From Vicinamibacteria bacterium (GTDB lineage Bacteria > Acidobacteriota > Vicinamibacteria > Marinacidobacterales > Marinacidobacteraceae), in NCBI GenBank assembly GCA_963668695.2, contig CAXXLQ010000001.1:80505-144504 (forward strand): 64,000 nt of DNA, written 5' to 3'. Below the pieces are notes generated by a model. It was not told where the DNA came from, did no database searches, and saw only the letters and a list, made by a program, of their open reading frames with translations. A program made the translations under genes and the position numbers. Positions 20,347 through 31,331 of the stretch are shown piece by piece. Position 1 is the first letter of the stretch; each line of letters opens with the position of its first letter.

Positions 20347-22209
20347 ATGCCCGAAACGGATGAGGGAGCGGCCGCCGTGGCGGTCGGTAGTGAGTTGGCC
20401 GGGGAGCAGACTCCCGCGGCTATCGCCGGGGACGCGACGGAATCCCTGGCTGAAGAGGCGGTTGCGGGCCCCGAAGCGGTAGCCGAGGTTGCGGAATCCG
20501 CGAACTCGACGGGAAACGGCTCCGCCCCTGCTCAGGATGGCGCCCCATCGGTGGTGTCAGTGGAGGAGGCTGCCGAATTCGAGGCCTTCCTGGACCAGTA
20601 CCAAACCCACATGGTGGAAGGAGACATCGTCACGGGCACGGTCCTCCACATGACGGATTCGGACGTGATCGTGGATGTCGGCTACAAGTCGGAGGGCATC
20701 ATCTCGCTTGACGAATTCCGGGATGTCGATGGAAATGTCCGGATTCGCGAAGGGGACGAGATCGATGTGCTCGTCCAGCGGGCCGACAACCGTCGCGGCC
20801 ACCTCGTGCTTTCCCATCGGAAAGCCGAGAAGATGAAGGTCTGGAACCAGATCGAGGACGCCTTCGAGAAGCAGACGCCGGTGCGGGGGCGGGTCGTTGA
20901 CCGGATCCGGGGCGGACTGGAGGTCGATATCGGGGAAATCGGGGTGCGCGGCTTTCTCCCCGGTTCGCAGGTGGATCTGCGTCCCGTACGGAACCTCGGC
21001 AGCTACAAGGGTCGCGAACTCGAACTGCGCGTCATCAAGCTGAACAAGCGTCGCGGCAACATCGTGCTCTCGCGCCGGGTGGTTCTCGAAGAGGAAAAGA
21101 CGAAGACCCTCGCGGCGCTCGAAGTCGGGCGGGTGTTCCGGGGCGAAGTGCGCGATCTCACCGAGTACGGAGCGTTTGTGGACATCGGTGGCATTTGCGG
21201 CCTTCTCCACATTCGGGAGATGTCCTTCCGCCGGCTTGAGCATCCTTCGGAGCTCATGAAGGTGGGTGACCAGATCGAGGTGGTCATCCTCCGGTTCGAT
21301 GCGGAGGCGGAGCGGGTCTCCCTCGGCTACAAGCAGCTCAACGTGGATCCCTGGACGACCGCCCACGAGCGCTATGCGGTGGGAACCCGGGTCCGTGGGA
21401 AGGTAGTCAGCATCACCGACTACGGCGCTTTCATCGAGATGGAGCCCGGAGTTGAGGGACTCATCCATGTGAGCGAGATGAGCTGGAGCAGCCGGACCAA
21501 ACATCCTTCCAAGCTGCTTGCCAAGGGCGACTTCGTCGAAGCCATGGTGCTCCGGGTCGACTTCAAGTCCCGGCGGATCAGCCTCGGTCTCAAGCAGGTG
21601 GAACCGAATCCGTGGCCGCGGCTTGCCGAGCAGTACCCCATCGGTTCGCGGCTCACCGGGACGGTACGAAAGTTCACTGACTTCGGCGCCTTCGTCGAAG
21701 TGGACAGCTCAATTGATGGCCTGATACACATTTCCGACCTCAGTTGGAACAAGCGGGTGAACCATCCTTCCGAAGTCCTCAACGTCGGCGACGAGGTGGA
21801 GACCGTGGTGCTGAGCATCGATCCCGAGAACCGCCGCCTGTCGCTCGGACTCAAGCAGCTTTCGGATGATGCCTGGGAGGGCTTCTTCACCCGGCATCAG
21901 GAAGGCGATCTGGTGGACGGGACCGTGATCCGCTTCGCGGATTTCGGAGCCTTCGTCCAGATCGAGGAAGGGATCGAAGGCCTGTTGCGCCTGAACGACA
22001 TTGACGAGCCACCGCCATCCAAGGCGGAGGAACGGCTGCACCTGGGGCAGCCGCTCAAGTTGCGGATCGTGCGGCTCAGCCGTGATGATCGTAAAGTGGG
22101 ACTCTCGCTCAGGGCTGCCGAGGAGGGATATTCCGGACACGGCGATTCCGGACACGGCGAATCGGGTGGTGAGGTGTCCGTCAAGATCGGAGACGTTTGG
22201 AAGAGGTGA
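20347..22209 (+). CDS. rpsA: 30S ribosomal protein S1
   Basis: Six S1 repeats (DVGYKSEG, FLPGSQVD, YGAFV..GLLH/GLIH); acidic N-terminal extension. Confidence 0.96.
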   Translation: MPETDEGAAAVAVGSELAGEQTPAAIAGDATESLAEEAVAGPEAVAEVAESANSTGNGSAPAQDGAPSVVSVEEAAEFEAFLDQYQTHMVEGDIVTGTVLHMTDSDVIVDVGYKSEGIISLDEFRDVDGNVRIREGDEIDVLVQRADNRRGHLVLSHRKAEKMKVWNQIEDAFEKQTPVRGRVVDRIRGGLEVDIGEIGVRGFLPGSQVDLRPVRNLGSYKGRELELRVIKLNKRRGNIVLSRRVVLEEEKTKTLAALEVGRVFRGEVRDLTEYGAFVDIGGICGLLHIREMSFRRLEHPSELMKVGDQIEVVILRFDAEAERVSLGYKQLNVDPWTTAHERYAVGTRVRGKVVSITDYGAFIEMEPGVEGLIHVSEMSWSSRTKHPSKLLAKGDFVEAMVLRVDFKSRRISLGLKQVEPNPWPRLAEQYPIGSRLTGTVRKFTDFGAFVEVDSSIDGLIHISDLSWNKRVNHPSEVLNVGDEVETVVLSIDPENRRLSLGLKQLSDDAWEGFFTRHQEGDLVDGTVIRFADFGAFVQIEEGIEGLLRLNDIDEPPPSKAEERLHLGQPLKLRIVRLSRDDRKVGLSLRAAEEGYSGHGDSGHGESGGEVSVKIGDVWKR

Positions 22210-22526
22210 ACGACACAGCGATCACCCGCGCCCGCCTGGCTGCGGAGGTGTCGGAGGCCACGGGGATTACGCGTCGCGAAGCTGACCTCATCGTGGAGGC
22301 GGTTTTCGGCGCGATCGCCGGGGCTCTTCGTTCCGGAGACGAGGTGGAGATTCGCGGATTCGGCAGTTTCCGTTTACGAAGCCGAAAGGCGCGCCTCACG
22401 CGCAATCCGCGAACGGGTGAACAGATTACGGTGCCTCCGAAACGGGTGCCGTTCTTTCGAGCCGGAAAGGCTCTCCGCGACCGCCTCAATCGGGAGCCGA
22501 GCGAAGAGCCGTTGGGGGCGACCTAG
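22206..22526 (+). CDS. ihfB: Integration host factor beta / HU family protein
   Basis: VEIRGFGSF, RNPRTGE, KRVPFFRAGK; conserved position after rpsA; GTGA overlap. Confidence 0.88.
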   Translation: MNDTAITRARLAAEVSEATGITRREADLIVEAVFGAIAGALRSGDEVEIRGFGSFRLRSRKARLTRNPRTGEQITVPPKRVPFFRAGKALRDRLNREPSEEPLGAT

Positions 22527-22781
22527 CAGCCCGTGGCAAAACCCACGCGGCCCAGTTCTCCCGGTGGGGGCTCGGCTGGCGATCCATCCCGCCCGAACCA
22601 CTCCGCTTCGCTCCGTTCTTCGTTGCGTTTCGGTCGGAATACACCCGGGCCAGTTCTCCCGGTGGGGGCTCCTCCCTCACGCGCCTTGTCGGCCGGGCCC
22701 CCACCGGGAGGACTGGCCCCACCGGGAGAACTGGGCCTCACCGACCTCGGCGCTCACGTGGGTTTCACCACAGGCTGCTAG
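22523..22781. mobile_element. MITE-like modular repeat starting at the ihfB stop codon
   Basis: CTAG-CAGCCCGTGG...CCACAGGCTG-CTAG, with four copies of the 18-bp motif. Confidence 0.8.
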
Positions 22782-22900
22782 CCCGCTGCGGTTCGTGGCC
22801 TCCGGGCCGGTGGGAGAAGGCCGCGGCCTCGGCTGGAGTGCTACGGTCCGGTAAGCGCCGTTTCCAGCCGTCATCGCGGCGCGGCAGTGCTATTGGAAAC

Positions 22901-23160
22901 TGAACAGCCCGTGAATGAAGTCAAGTGGCCCGGTTCTCCCGGTGGGGGCTCGGCCGGCGATGCATCCCGGCTGAACCGCCCCCCCACCGGGAGAACTGGC
23001 GCTTCGCGTCGCTCATCGTTGCGCTTCAGTCGAAATACGCTGGGTATTCCTCCTTCGCGCGCCCTGTCAGCCGGGCCCCCACCGGGAGGACTGGCCCCAC
23101 CGGGAGAACTGGGCCTCCCCGGTCTCGGCCCTCACATCACTCCATCCACGGGCTGTTGAG
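22901..23160. mobile_element. MITE-like modular repeat directly upstream of icmF
   Basis: AACAGCCCGTG...CACGGGCTGTT termini and the shared internal modules. Confidence 0.75.
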
Positions 23161-26100
23161 TTGAGCACGTCCGTCACCCTGTCCCCGGCCGGATCTCCGG
23201 CCTCCCGGGCCCCTTTCGATCCGCTCGCCGAGCTTCCGCTCCGCTTCATCACGGGGACCGCGCTGTTTGACGGTCACGATGCCTCGATCCATGTATTCCG
23301 ACGGTTGTTGCAGCGGAGTGGCGCCGAGGTCGTTCATCTTGGGCACAACCGAGCCGCCGGGGAGATAGCCGCCGCGGCGCTCGAGGAGGACGCGGACGCC
23401 ATCGCCGTGTCCTCCTACCAGGGGGGGCACAACGAGTTCTTCCGCTATCTGGTTGATCTGTTGCGGGAGGCGGGACGAGGCAACATCCGGGTCTTCGGTG
23501 GCGGCGGAGGAGTGATCCGCCCCGAAGAAGCGGCTGCCCTCGAGGCGTACGGGGTGGCGCGGATCTACTCGCCTGGGGACGATCGGGTGGACGGCATCGA
23601 AGGCATCGTGGCCGACATGTTGGGAGACGCCGGCGAGGCCCGTGCCGCCCGTCCGCGGGCCTCCTTCGCTTCGCTCAGCGAGGATCTCGCGGGTGAGGAT
23701 CCGCTTCGCCGGAACGGCGCGGCTGCCCGGCTGATCAGTTTGGCGGAAAGTGAGGGGCTTGACGCCGCCGACCGAGCCGCGCTCCCGGGGCACATTCGGT
23801 CGTCCGCTCCCGTACTGGGGATCACCGGTACGGGAGGCGCGGGAAAGAGTTCGGTCCTCGACGAATTACTCGTCAGATTCCGGACTGAACGACCGGATCT
23901 GGGATCGGGGTCGGTGAGCCGGATCGGCGTGCTCGCGGTCGACCCTTCGAAGCGGCGAACCGGCGGTGCATTACTGGGAGACCGCATTCGGCTCAACGCG
24001 ATCGGGGGTACGGAGGTGTTCGTCCGGAGTCTGGCCACCCGCCACTCGGGGACGGAACTCGCCACCGTCGTGGACGACGCGCTGCTGATTCTGCGGGCTG
24101 CGGGCTGCGGTCTGCTGGTCGTGGAAACCGGGGGAATCGGGCAGGGCGATTCGCGAATCGTGGATATCAGCGATTTCTCCCTCTACGTGATGACCTCCGA
24201 CTACGGCGCCGAGAGTCAGCTCGAAAAGATCGACATGCTGGACCTGGCGGACGCGGTGGCGCTGAACAAGGCCGATCATCCGGGCGCCGAGGATGCGCTC
24301 TTCGCGGTGCGGCGCGCCTTCCAGCGGGCTCGCTCACTTCCGCGCCACGCCCCGGCGCCCGTTCTGGCGACGGTGGCGAGCCGGTTTGCGGACCCGGGTC
24401 TCGACCGGCTCTACGCCGTCGTCCGGGAGGGACTGGCCGGAAGGGATACGGCGCTGCCGTCTCACGTCAGTGATCGTCCCGACGATCTGCTCGCCGACGT
24501 GCGCCTCATCCCTCCGGCGCGGGCCGGCTACCTGGCCGAGATTGCCGATACGCTGCGAGGCGAGAGGGACCGGGTTGCCGCCGAGGCGGATCGGGCTGCG
24601 AGAATCGAGCACCTCGAGGCGGCACTCGATGAACTGCGCGCCGGCGGCGGCGCCGAGGAGGCCGTGCCGGCTTTGGAGGCACGCCTGCGGGAGGTCCGCG
24701 CCGAACTCGACCCCGAGAGCCGGGAGCTGCTGGCCGGGTGGTCCGATCTGGCGGCTCGCTATCGGGCGCCCCGCTACCGAACTCAGGTTCGGGACCGGGT
24801 GCGCGAGTTCGGTACCCACCGGGAAACTCTCTCCGGAACCCGGCTTCCGCGGGTCGCTCTTCCGGGCTTTACGGGCAATCGGGACAGGTTGCGCTTCCTT
24901 CTCGAAGAGAACCTGCCGGGCCACTACCCGTTTACCGCCGGAGTCTTCCCGTTCCGAAGAGAGGAAGAGAGTCCGCGGCGTCAATTCGCCGGGGAAGGCG
25001 GCCCGGGGCGCACCAACCGGAGGTTCCACCTGCTGGCCGATTCCGAAGCGGCGACGCGGCTCTCGGTCGCCTTCGACAGCGTGACCCTCTACGGAGACGA
25101 TCCTGCCCGGCGGCCGGACATCTTCGGAAAAATCGGCGAAGGGGGCGTGTCGATCGCCACCCTCGACGACATGTGCGAACTGTTCCGGGGGTTCCGCCTC
25201 ACCGATCCGGCGACCAGCGTTTCCATGACCATCAACGGTCCGGCTCCGCTGATCCTCGCAATGTTCCTGAACGCCGCGGTACGGCAGGAGCTTCAGGCCT
25301 TCGAGGACGAGCACGAACGCCCGCCTTCCGCGGACGAGTCCGCAGAACTGAAAGCCGCGACCCTGAAGACGGTGCGCGGGACGGTGCAGGCCGACATCCT
25401 CAAGGAGGACCAGGCTCAGAACACCTGCATCTTTTCCACCGGCTTCGCGCTTCGGCTGATGGGCGACGTCCAGGAGTTCTTCATCCGGAACGAGGTCCGC
25501 AACTTCTATTCGGTTTCCATTTCCGGGTACCACATCGCCGAGGCGGGGGCGAATCCCATCACGCAGCTCGCCTTCACCCTGGCCAACGGCTTCACCTACG
25601 TCGAGTACTACCTCGCCCGGGGTCTGCCGATCGACGCCTTCGCGCCGAACCTTTCCTTCTTCTTCAGCAACGGTCTCGATGCCGAGTACGCCGTCATGGC
25701 CCGCGTGGCCCGGCGGATCTGGGCGCGCGCCATGAAGCTCCGCTACCGCGCCGGAGAGCGGAGCCAGAAATTCAAGGTCCACATCCAGACTTCGGGCCGT
25801 TCGCTCCACGCCCAGGAGGTGCAGTTCAACGACATCCGGACGACGCTTCAGGCGCTCGTCGCGACGAATGACAACTGCAACTCGCTCCATACCAACGCCT
25901 ACGACGAGGCCATCACCACTCCCACTCCGGAATCGGTGCGGCGGGCGGTGGCCATCCAGAAAATCATCCGCAACGAGTTCGGTATGGCCTGGAACGAGAA
26001 TCCCTTGTCGGGTTCGTTCGTCGTCGCTCAGCTCACGGATCTCGTGGAGGAAGCGGTACTCGCGGAATTCGATCGTCTCAATGCCCGTGGCGGAGTGCTG

Positions 26101-26475
26101 GCGGCGATGGAGCGCCAGTACCAGCGAAACCGGATCCAGGAAGAGTCGCTCTTGTACGAGACCCGGAAAGACTCCGGCGAGATTCCGATCATCGGAGTGA
26201 ACACCTTCCTGGCGGAGCCGGATTCCGGGTCTCCCGAACAGGTTCCGCTCGCGCGCTCCACACCGGAGGAGAAAGAGGACCAGGTGGCGCGGGTGGAGGC
26301 GTTTCGGCGACGCCACGGGGCGGCGGCGCCGGAAGCGCTCCGGAGGCTCAAGGAAGTGGCGCGTACCGGCGGCGATGTCTTCGCTGAACTGATGGAGACC
26401 GTACAGGTCACGAGCCTGGGTCAGATCACACAAGCGCTTTACGAGGTCGGCGGTCGCTACCGCCGGGCGATGTGA
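23161..26475 (+). CDS. icmF: Fused isobutyryl-CoA mutase / MeaB-type GTPase
   Basis: N-terminal B12 domain FDGHD; GTPase [17 protein letters not shown]; mutase domain [26 protein letters not shown]. Confidence 0.93.
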   Translation: MSTSVTLSPAGSPASRAPFDPLAELPLRFITGTALFDGHDASIHVFRRLLQRSGAEVVHLGHNRAAGEIAAAALEEDADAIAVSSYQGGHNEFFRYLVDLLREAGRGNIRVFGGGGGVIRPEEAAALEAYGVARIYSPGDDRVDGIEGIVADMLGDAGEARAARPRASFASLSEDLAGEDPLRRNGAAARLISLAESEGLDAADRAALPGHIRSSAPVLGITGTGGAGKSSVLDELLVRFRTERPDLGSGSVSRIGVLAVDPSKRRTGGALLGDRIRLNAIGGTEVFVRSLATRHSGTELATVVDDALLILRAAGCGLLVVETGGIGQGDSRIVDISDFSLYVMTSDYGAESQLEKIDMLDLADAVALNKADHPGAEDALFAVRRAFQRARSLPRHAPAPVLATVASRFADPGLDRLYAVVREGLAGRDTALPSHVSDRPDDLLADVRLIPPARAGYLAEIADTLRGERDRVAAEADRAARIEHLEAALDELRAGGGAEEAVPALEARLREVRAELDPESRELLAGWSDLAARYRAPRYRTQVRDRVREFGTHRETLSGTRLPRVALPGFTGNRDRLRFLLEENLPGHYPFTAGVFPFRREEESPRRQFAGEGGPGRTNRRFHLLADSEAATRLSVAFDSVTLYGDDPARRPDIFGKIGEGGVSIATLDDMCELFRGFRLTDPATSVSMTINGPAPLILAMFLNAAVRQELQAFEDEHERPPSADESAELKAATLKTVRGTVQADILKEDQAQNTCIFSTGFALRLMGDVQEFFIRNEVRNFYSVSISGYHIAEAGANPITQLAFTLANGFTYVEYYLARGLPIDAFAPNLSFFFSNGLDAEYAVMARVARRIWARAMKLRYRAGERSQKFKVHIQTSGRSLHAQEVQFNDIRTTLQALVATNDNCNSLHTNAYDEAITTPTPESVRRAVAIQKIIRNEFGMAWNENPLSGSFVVAQLTDLVEEAVLAEFDRLNARGGVLAAMERQYQRNRIQEESLLYETRKDSGEIPIIGVNTFLAEPDSGSPEQVPLARSTPEEKEDQVARVEAFRRRHGAAAPEALRRLKEVARTGGDVFAELMETVQVTSLGQITQALYEVGGRYRRAM

Positions 26476-26942
26476 GCGGCGTCTCGGGGCGTTCCACCGG
26501 TGGTACGGCGGCCAACCCGCCGTACCGGATTCTGGTGGCGAAACCAGGCCTCGACGGGCACGACCGGGGTGCGCTGGTGGTCGCGAGGGCGCTCCGCGAC
26601 GCGGGCTTTGAGGTCATCTACACCGGGCTGCGGAGAACACCCGAAGAAATTGTCGAAGCCGCGCTTCAGGAAGATGTGGAGGCGGTCGGTGTCTCCATTC
26701 TCTCGGGTGCTCATCGCCCGCTGGTCCGTCGGATCCTCGAGGGACTCGCGCAGCACGGACTCGCGGACGTACCGGTCTTCGTCGGCGGCCTCATTCCGGA
26801 TCGCGACGTGGCATATCTCCGCGAGATCGGAGTCGCGGAGGTGTTCGGACCCGATACCCCGACTTCCGAGGCGGCCCGGGCCCTCGGTTTGCGGCTCGCC
26901 GAGCTTCGCCTCCGTCGGGCCGTGCCGGGCTCCGATTCCTGA
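26472..26942 (+). CDS. Stand-alone cobalamin-binding subunit (acyl-CoA mutase C-terminal domain)
   Basis: [27 protein letters not shown]. Confidence 0.92.
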   Translation: MSGVSGRSTGGTAANPPYRILVAKPGLDGHDRGALVVARALRDAGFEVIYTGLRRTPEEIVEAALQEDVEAVGVSILSGAHRPLVRRILEGLAQHGLADVPVFVGGLIPDRDVAYLREIGVAEVFGPDTPTSEAARALGLRLAELRLRRAVPGSDS

Positions 26943-26961
26943 CGGCCCGTTGCCCACCGGA

Positions 26962-27906
26962 GTGACCGAGCCCGCTTCCGCAGTGTCGAAACCGACCGCC
27001 GCGTCCTTTCCTTCAGAAGTCACACCCAAACGGTGGCGGGAAGCCATCCTTGACGCCACGGGAAGGCGGCCGGCGCCGTTTTTGGGCATCTGGCGGCGCG
27101 CTTCGTCCACGAACGAGCTCGCAAAGGCGGTGGCCCTCGACGCCGGAGCGGTTCGCTGTGCCGGGAGCGTGCTGATCGCCGAATCGCAGACCCACGGGAA
27201 GGGACGTTTTGGCCGAACCTGGGTGTCGCCACCCGGCGGGCTCTATCTGAGCGTACTCGTCGAGCCCCCCGTTCTTTCGGGCGGGGATCCGGCGTACCCG
27301 CTGACCTTGCTGCCGCTCGCGGCCGGAGTCGCGCTGGCGCAGGCGGTGCGGCGGGTTGCGGGAGTCTCCGCCGCGCTTCGGTGGCCGAATGATCTGGATT
27401 GGAAGGACAGGAAGGTCGCCGGGGTCCTCGCCGAGGTCGGCTTCCGGCGGGACTGCCCGCACCTTGCGGTCATCGGTTTCGGGGTCAATCTGACTCCGGT
27501 CTCGCTTTCCGAGTCCGGGGACCGGAAAGTCGCGCGCCCGGCCCCCCGGTCCGCAGCCCGACCTCCGGGTTGGCTTCCCGAAGGTGTGGATAAGGTGGAG
27601 CTGGCCCACGCTCTGGTGACCTCATTGCGACACAGCATCAACGTGCTCGAGGAGGATCCGGGGTCGCTCCGGGCGGCCTGGGAGTCGCTCAGCCCGACCG
27701 CGAGGGGGTGCCGCTGTGAGGTTCGGCTCGGTGGTCCCCGAGGCGTGCTGGGGGAGACAGACGGGCTGGCCCCGGAAGGAGGTCTGCGGGTCAGGACCGA
27801 CGGCGGGGCTGTCCGGGTGGTAACCGCGAGCGAAGCGCTCCGGATCCTCCATGGCCCCTCAGGCGGTTCGTGCCGCGAATCCCAACTTCCCACGTCCGGC
27901 TGCTGA
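26962..27906 (+). CDS. birA: Biotin--protein ligase
   Basis: SSTN, AESQTHGKGRFGRTW, RWPND, KVAGVL, GFGVN. Start uncertain. Confidence 0.88.
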   Translation: MTEPASAVSKPTAASFPSEVTPKRWREAILDATGRRPAPFLGIWRRASSTNELAKAVALDAGAVRCAGSVLIAESQTHGKGRFGRTWVSPPGGLYLSVLVEPPVLSGGDPAYPLTLLPLAAGVALAQAVRRVAGVSAALRWPNDLDWKDRKVAGVLAEVGFRRDCPHLAVIGFGVNLTPVSLSESGDRKVARPAPRSAARPPGWLPEGVDKVELAHALVTSLRHSINVLEEDPGSLRAAWESLSPTARGCRCEVRLGGPRGVLGETDGLAPEGGLRVRTDGGAVRVVTASEALRILHGPSGGSCRESQLPTSGC

Positions 27907-27907
27907 A

Positions 27908-28588
27908 GTGACCCCGCGGGCCTCTCCCGACTACTTTCGGGCCGTCGAACGAACTTTCCTCGACCATAAAGGAGGCGGGATGTTCATCGCCCCGGCCGAT
28001 TGGGATGTCGTGCGCGGCTGGGAAGAGCGGGGGATTCCCCTGGATGTCGTGCTCTTGGGGATCCGCACCGCGTTTTCGGGGTGGACTCGCGCGCCTTCCC
28101 GGATGTCGCTCGGGGAGTGCTCCGCGGCCGTAGAGGCCGGGTTTGACGCGCTGCGCATGCGGCGCTCCGGCGCTGGCAGCCGCTCCCGGGAGGACAACAC
28201 CGAGGTCCGGCATCGCCTCGCGCAACTCGCGGATCAGCTTCGGAAATGGTCTCCCGCGCCAGGGGCCCTCCCGGATGAGAAGACCGCCGCCGAACTGGTC
28301 GCCGCGGCTTGCGAAGCCGCGGCGGAACTCGATCGTCTCGGGAGGGACGAGGGCGCTTCGGCCGGAGCCGAGCGAGCGCTCGACGGGATTCAAGACGCTC
28401 TTCTGATCCGGCTGCAGGCGGCGCTTCCGGACGCCACCCTCGGGGAGATCGAGAGCGCGGTGCGCAACAAACTCGAGCCGTATCGGAGACGCATGCCGGA
28501 ATCCACCTGGCGGGAGACTTACGAACAGGCGGTCCGTCGACGGGTGGGACAGGTCTTGGGCTTCGGACCGCTGACCCTCTTCGAATAG
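27908..28588 (+). CDS. Conserved hypothetical protein
   Basis: ORF fills the gap within the operon; YFRAVE...PADW...WEERGIPLDVVL and a C-terminal LTLF look like a real protein. Confidence 0.7.
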   Translation: MTPRASPDYFRAVERTFLDHKGGGMFIAPADWDVVRGWEERGIPLDVVLLGIRTAFSGWTRAPSRMSLGECSAAVEAGFDALRMRRSGAGSRSREDNTEVRHRLAQLADQLRKWSPAPGALPDEKTAAELVAAACEAAAELDRLGRDEGASAGAERALDGIQDALLIRLQAALPDATLGEIESAVRNKLEPYRRRMPESTWRETYEQAVRRRVGQVLGFGPLTLFE

Positions 28589-28602
28589 GGGACGGGCGTC
28601 CG

Positions 28603-31167
28603 GTGGAGATCAGCAATCCCCACCTTCCCGAAACCCGGACCGAACCCCCGGCCGGCCCTTCCGAGGGAGCGCCCACCGCCCGAACCGCGCCCACCGCCCG
28701 AACCGCGCCTGCCCCGCTGCTCCTGCTGGCCGCCTCTTTCTGGGCAGGGGTCGCTGCTTCTGCGGTGATGCCCGGACCGCCGGTGTGGCCGCGATTCCTG
28801 CTGGGCGCACTGTTTGTGCTCGGGGCCGGCCTGCTCGCCCCGAGTCTGCTGGCTGAGAACCCACTTCGGCGGCGCCGGGGAGGCCGGCTCTCCGGGGCCC
28901 CCGCCGGCATCAAGACGGGGCTCCTGCTGGTAGCGGCATTTGTGGCTGGCGCCCTCAATCGTCCCGCTCCCGGAGCGGTGTCGCCCCTCGCCGAGACCGT
29001 CCGCGCTCTGGGTGCCGAACGCCTGGCACGCCCCGTCCGGCTCGAGGGAGTCCTGCTGTACGACGCGGAAGATTCCGGTCGTCGCACCTCGATCGCTCTG
29101 AAGGTGGATCGGCTGGCCGCCAACCGCCAGGAATGGCCGGTGCGCGGGGAGGCGCGGATCACCGTGGACGGCAATCACCGGGAGCACCTCCGAAGGCTTT
29201 CCCGAGGCACGCGAATCTCCATCTGGTCGCGGGTTTCCGAACCGCGCCCGCGGGGAAACCCGGGGGGGCGCGAGATTCGGGGGCCGGTCGCCCTCTTCGG
29301 CTCCACCAAGAGCGGAGTGCTGGTCCGGGAAGTCGCACCGGGGCCGGCGCCCTGGCGAGCATTGCAGGTTCTCAGAGCCCGGAGCCGGGAGCGCCTCCAG
29401 AGTGGAGGCTTCCCCGACGACGTGCTGGCGGTCGTGGCAGCGATGCTCATCGGAGATCGCACCCTGGCTCCGCCGGAGACGGAGCGGGCCTTCCGGGACG
29501 CGGGAACGCTTCACCTGATGGCGGTCAGCGGGCTCCACGTGGGACTGCTCAGCCTGCTGATCTATGGAATGGCGGTACTGGTCGGCGTACCGCGCCGGAA
29601 GGCGCTCGCGATTCTGTTGTTCGCGCTTCCGCTCTACGCCGCGCTCTGCGGAGCGCGCCCTTCGGTGGTGCGCGCTGTCCTGATGGCGACGGTCGTGATC
29701 CTGGGGTTGCGCCGCGGACTCTTTGGAGAGGCCATGAACGGGCTGGGGCTGGCCGCCTTGGTTTTGCTCGCCTGGTCGCCGTGGAACGCACTCGACGCGG
29801 GGTTCCAGCTCAGCTTCGCCGCCACCCTGGGGATCATCGCCGCCTTCCGTCCGGAAGACCCCGCCGAAGTCTCGTGGGAACGCCCGGGCCGCTGGCGCGC
29901 CTGGATTCTGGTTCCGTTGGGTGTCACGGTCGCGGCGCAGCTCGCTACCTTCCCCATCCTCGCCTGGCATTTCGGCCGGGTCGTGTTCGGCGGGCTGCTG
30001 ATCGCCGTTCCGGCCGGTCTGTTGGCGGGACCGGTTCTCGGTCTTGGGTTCGCCTGGCTGGCGCTTGCCGGGACCGGACTTCCGGCGGACGCCGTGGGCG
30101 CGCTTCTCACGATTGCCACCGAGGCTCTCATCGGGCTGAGCGAATGGGGCGCCGGGCTTTCGTTCGGCGCCTTTCCCGTGGCCCGCCCGGCGTTTATCTG
30201 GCTCCTGGCATGGCTGGGAACGGCGATCGTCGTCCTGACGCTCCGCGGTAGGCGAAGAATCCTGCCGGCCGCGCTCATCGTTCTCCTTGGTCTGGCCACG
30301 CTGCCGCTCTCGGAGCCTGCGGACGGGACACTTCGGCTCACCGCGCTGGATGTGGGGATGGGTGACGCGCTGGTTCTTGGCCTCCCCGCCGGCGGTGCGG
30401 TACTCCTCGACGCGGGTACTGCATTCGATGGATGGAGCGCCGGCGAGGCGATCGTTACTCCGTTCCTGGCCGAAATGGGCTACCGGCGTCTCCGGGCCGC
30501 CGTTCCCACCCACGGGGATCTGGATCACGTTGGTGGTTTCCCGGCAGTGTTCCGCAACTTCAGAGTGGACGAACTCTGGGAAGGCGGAGGGACCGTGGAG
30601 GATCGTCGCACCGCGGTCGGGCAGATACACCGCGAGCGGGTGCGGCGGGGGATTCCGCTGCGGCGCCTTAGAGCCGGGGAGCGTTTCGAGTTGGGCGGCG
30701 CCCGGTTCTCGGTGCTTGCCTCCGGCGACCACCGGCCCGGGCCGCGAGAGCGGTCCAACGAGCGCTCGGTCGTGCTGGCCGTGGACTACGCCGGAAAGCG
30801 GCTTCTTCTCACCGGCGACGCCGGGGAGGCAACCGAGCGGGTTTTGCTGGACCGCTATGGCGCGGCTCTGCGTTCGGATGTGCTCAAGGTCGGTCATCAC
30901 GGCAGCCGCTCTTCCACGACGCCGGAGTTCCTCGCCGCGGTAGCCCCCCAGGTGGCGCTCGTTTCGGTCCGCGCCGATCCCAGACGGCGTCTTCCGGATG
31001 ACGGCGTGCTGGAGCGCCTCAGCAGAAGCGGCGCCCAGATCTACCGGACCGATCTATCCGGTGCGGTGACCGTCGCCATCGGCGCGGACGGCCGCATTTC
31101 CGTGAGCACGTTCCGTCCCGAAGGAGCGCCAGGAGCGCCGGTCCGCAGACCGGCATCGCGGCCGTAG
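28603..31167 (+). CDS. comEC: DNA internalization competence protein ComEC/Rec2
   Basis: HLMAVSGLHVG, PSVVRA, GFQLSF; metallo-beta-lactamase domain LDVGMGD, THGDLDH, KVGHHGS. Confidence 0.92.
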   Translation: MEISNPHLPETRTEPPAGPSEGAPTARTAPTARTAPAPLLLLAASFWAGVAASAVMPGPPVWPRFLLGALFVLGAGLLAPSLLAENPLRRRRGGRLSGAPAGIKTGLLLVAAFVAGALNRPAPGAVSPLAETVRALGAERLARPVRLEGVLLYDAEDSGRRTSIALKVDRLAANRQEWPVRGEARITVDGNHREHLRRLSRGTRISIWSRVSEPRPRGNPGGREIRGPVALFGSTKSGVLVREVAPGPAPWRALQVLRARSRERLQSGGFPDDVLAVVAAMLIGDRTLAPPETERAFRDAGTLHLMAVSGLHVGLLSLLIYGMAVLVGVPRRKALAILLFALPLYAALCGARPSVVRAVLMATVVILGLRRGLFGEAMNGLGLAALVLLAWSPWNALDAGFQLSFAATLGIIAAFRPEDPAEVSWERPGRWRAWILVPLGVTVAAQLATFPILAWHFGRVVFGGLLIAVPAGLLAGPVLGLGFAWLALAGTGLPADAVGALLTIATEALIGLSEWGAGLSFGAFPVARPAFIWLLAWLGTAIVVLTLRGRRRILPAALIVLLGLATLPLSEPADGTLRLTALDVGMGDALVLGLPAGGAVLLDAGTAFDGWSAGEAIVTPFLAEMGYRRLRAAVPTHGDLDHVGGFPAVFRNFRVDELWEGGGTVEDRRTAVGQIHRERVRRGIPLRRLRAGERFELGGARFSVLASGDHRPGPRERSNERSVVLAVDYAGKRLLLTGDAGEATERVLLDRYGAALRSDVLKVGHHGSRSSTTPEFLAAVAPQVALVSVRADPRRRLPDDGVLERLSRSGAQIYRTDLSGAVTVAIGADGRISVSTFRPEGAPGAPVRRPASRP

Positions 31168-31331
31168 GCCGCGAGACTCACACCACCACCCTCGCCCATT
31201 GCCCGGATCCGTCCGGGGACGGCGAAGCGAACCCCGTGTTTCCTCCCGGTGGGGGCTCCTCCCTCGCCGTTGCCAGCGGGACGCCTCGCCCCCACCGGGA
31301 GAACTGGCCGCTGATGTCACATTGTCCACCC

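Noticed and set aside
22780-23160. Cobalamin riboswitch before icmF (also FMN before ribF and SAM before the Cys/Met enzyme)
   Set aside because: No conserved aptamer motifs were recognised; these regions are occupied by repeats or coding sequence.
28603-31167. The 18-bp motif as a DNA uptake sequence for ComEC
   Set aside because: Known uptake sequences are 9-12 bp and common inside genes. This motif was seen only in intergenic repeats. Not formally excluded without a genome-wide count.
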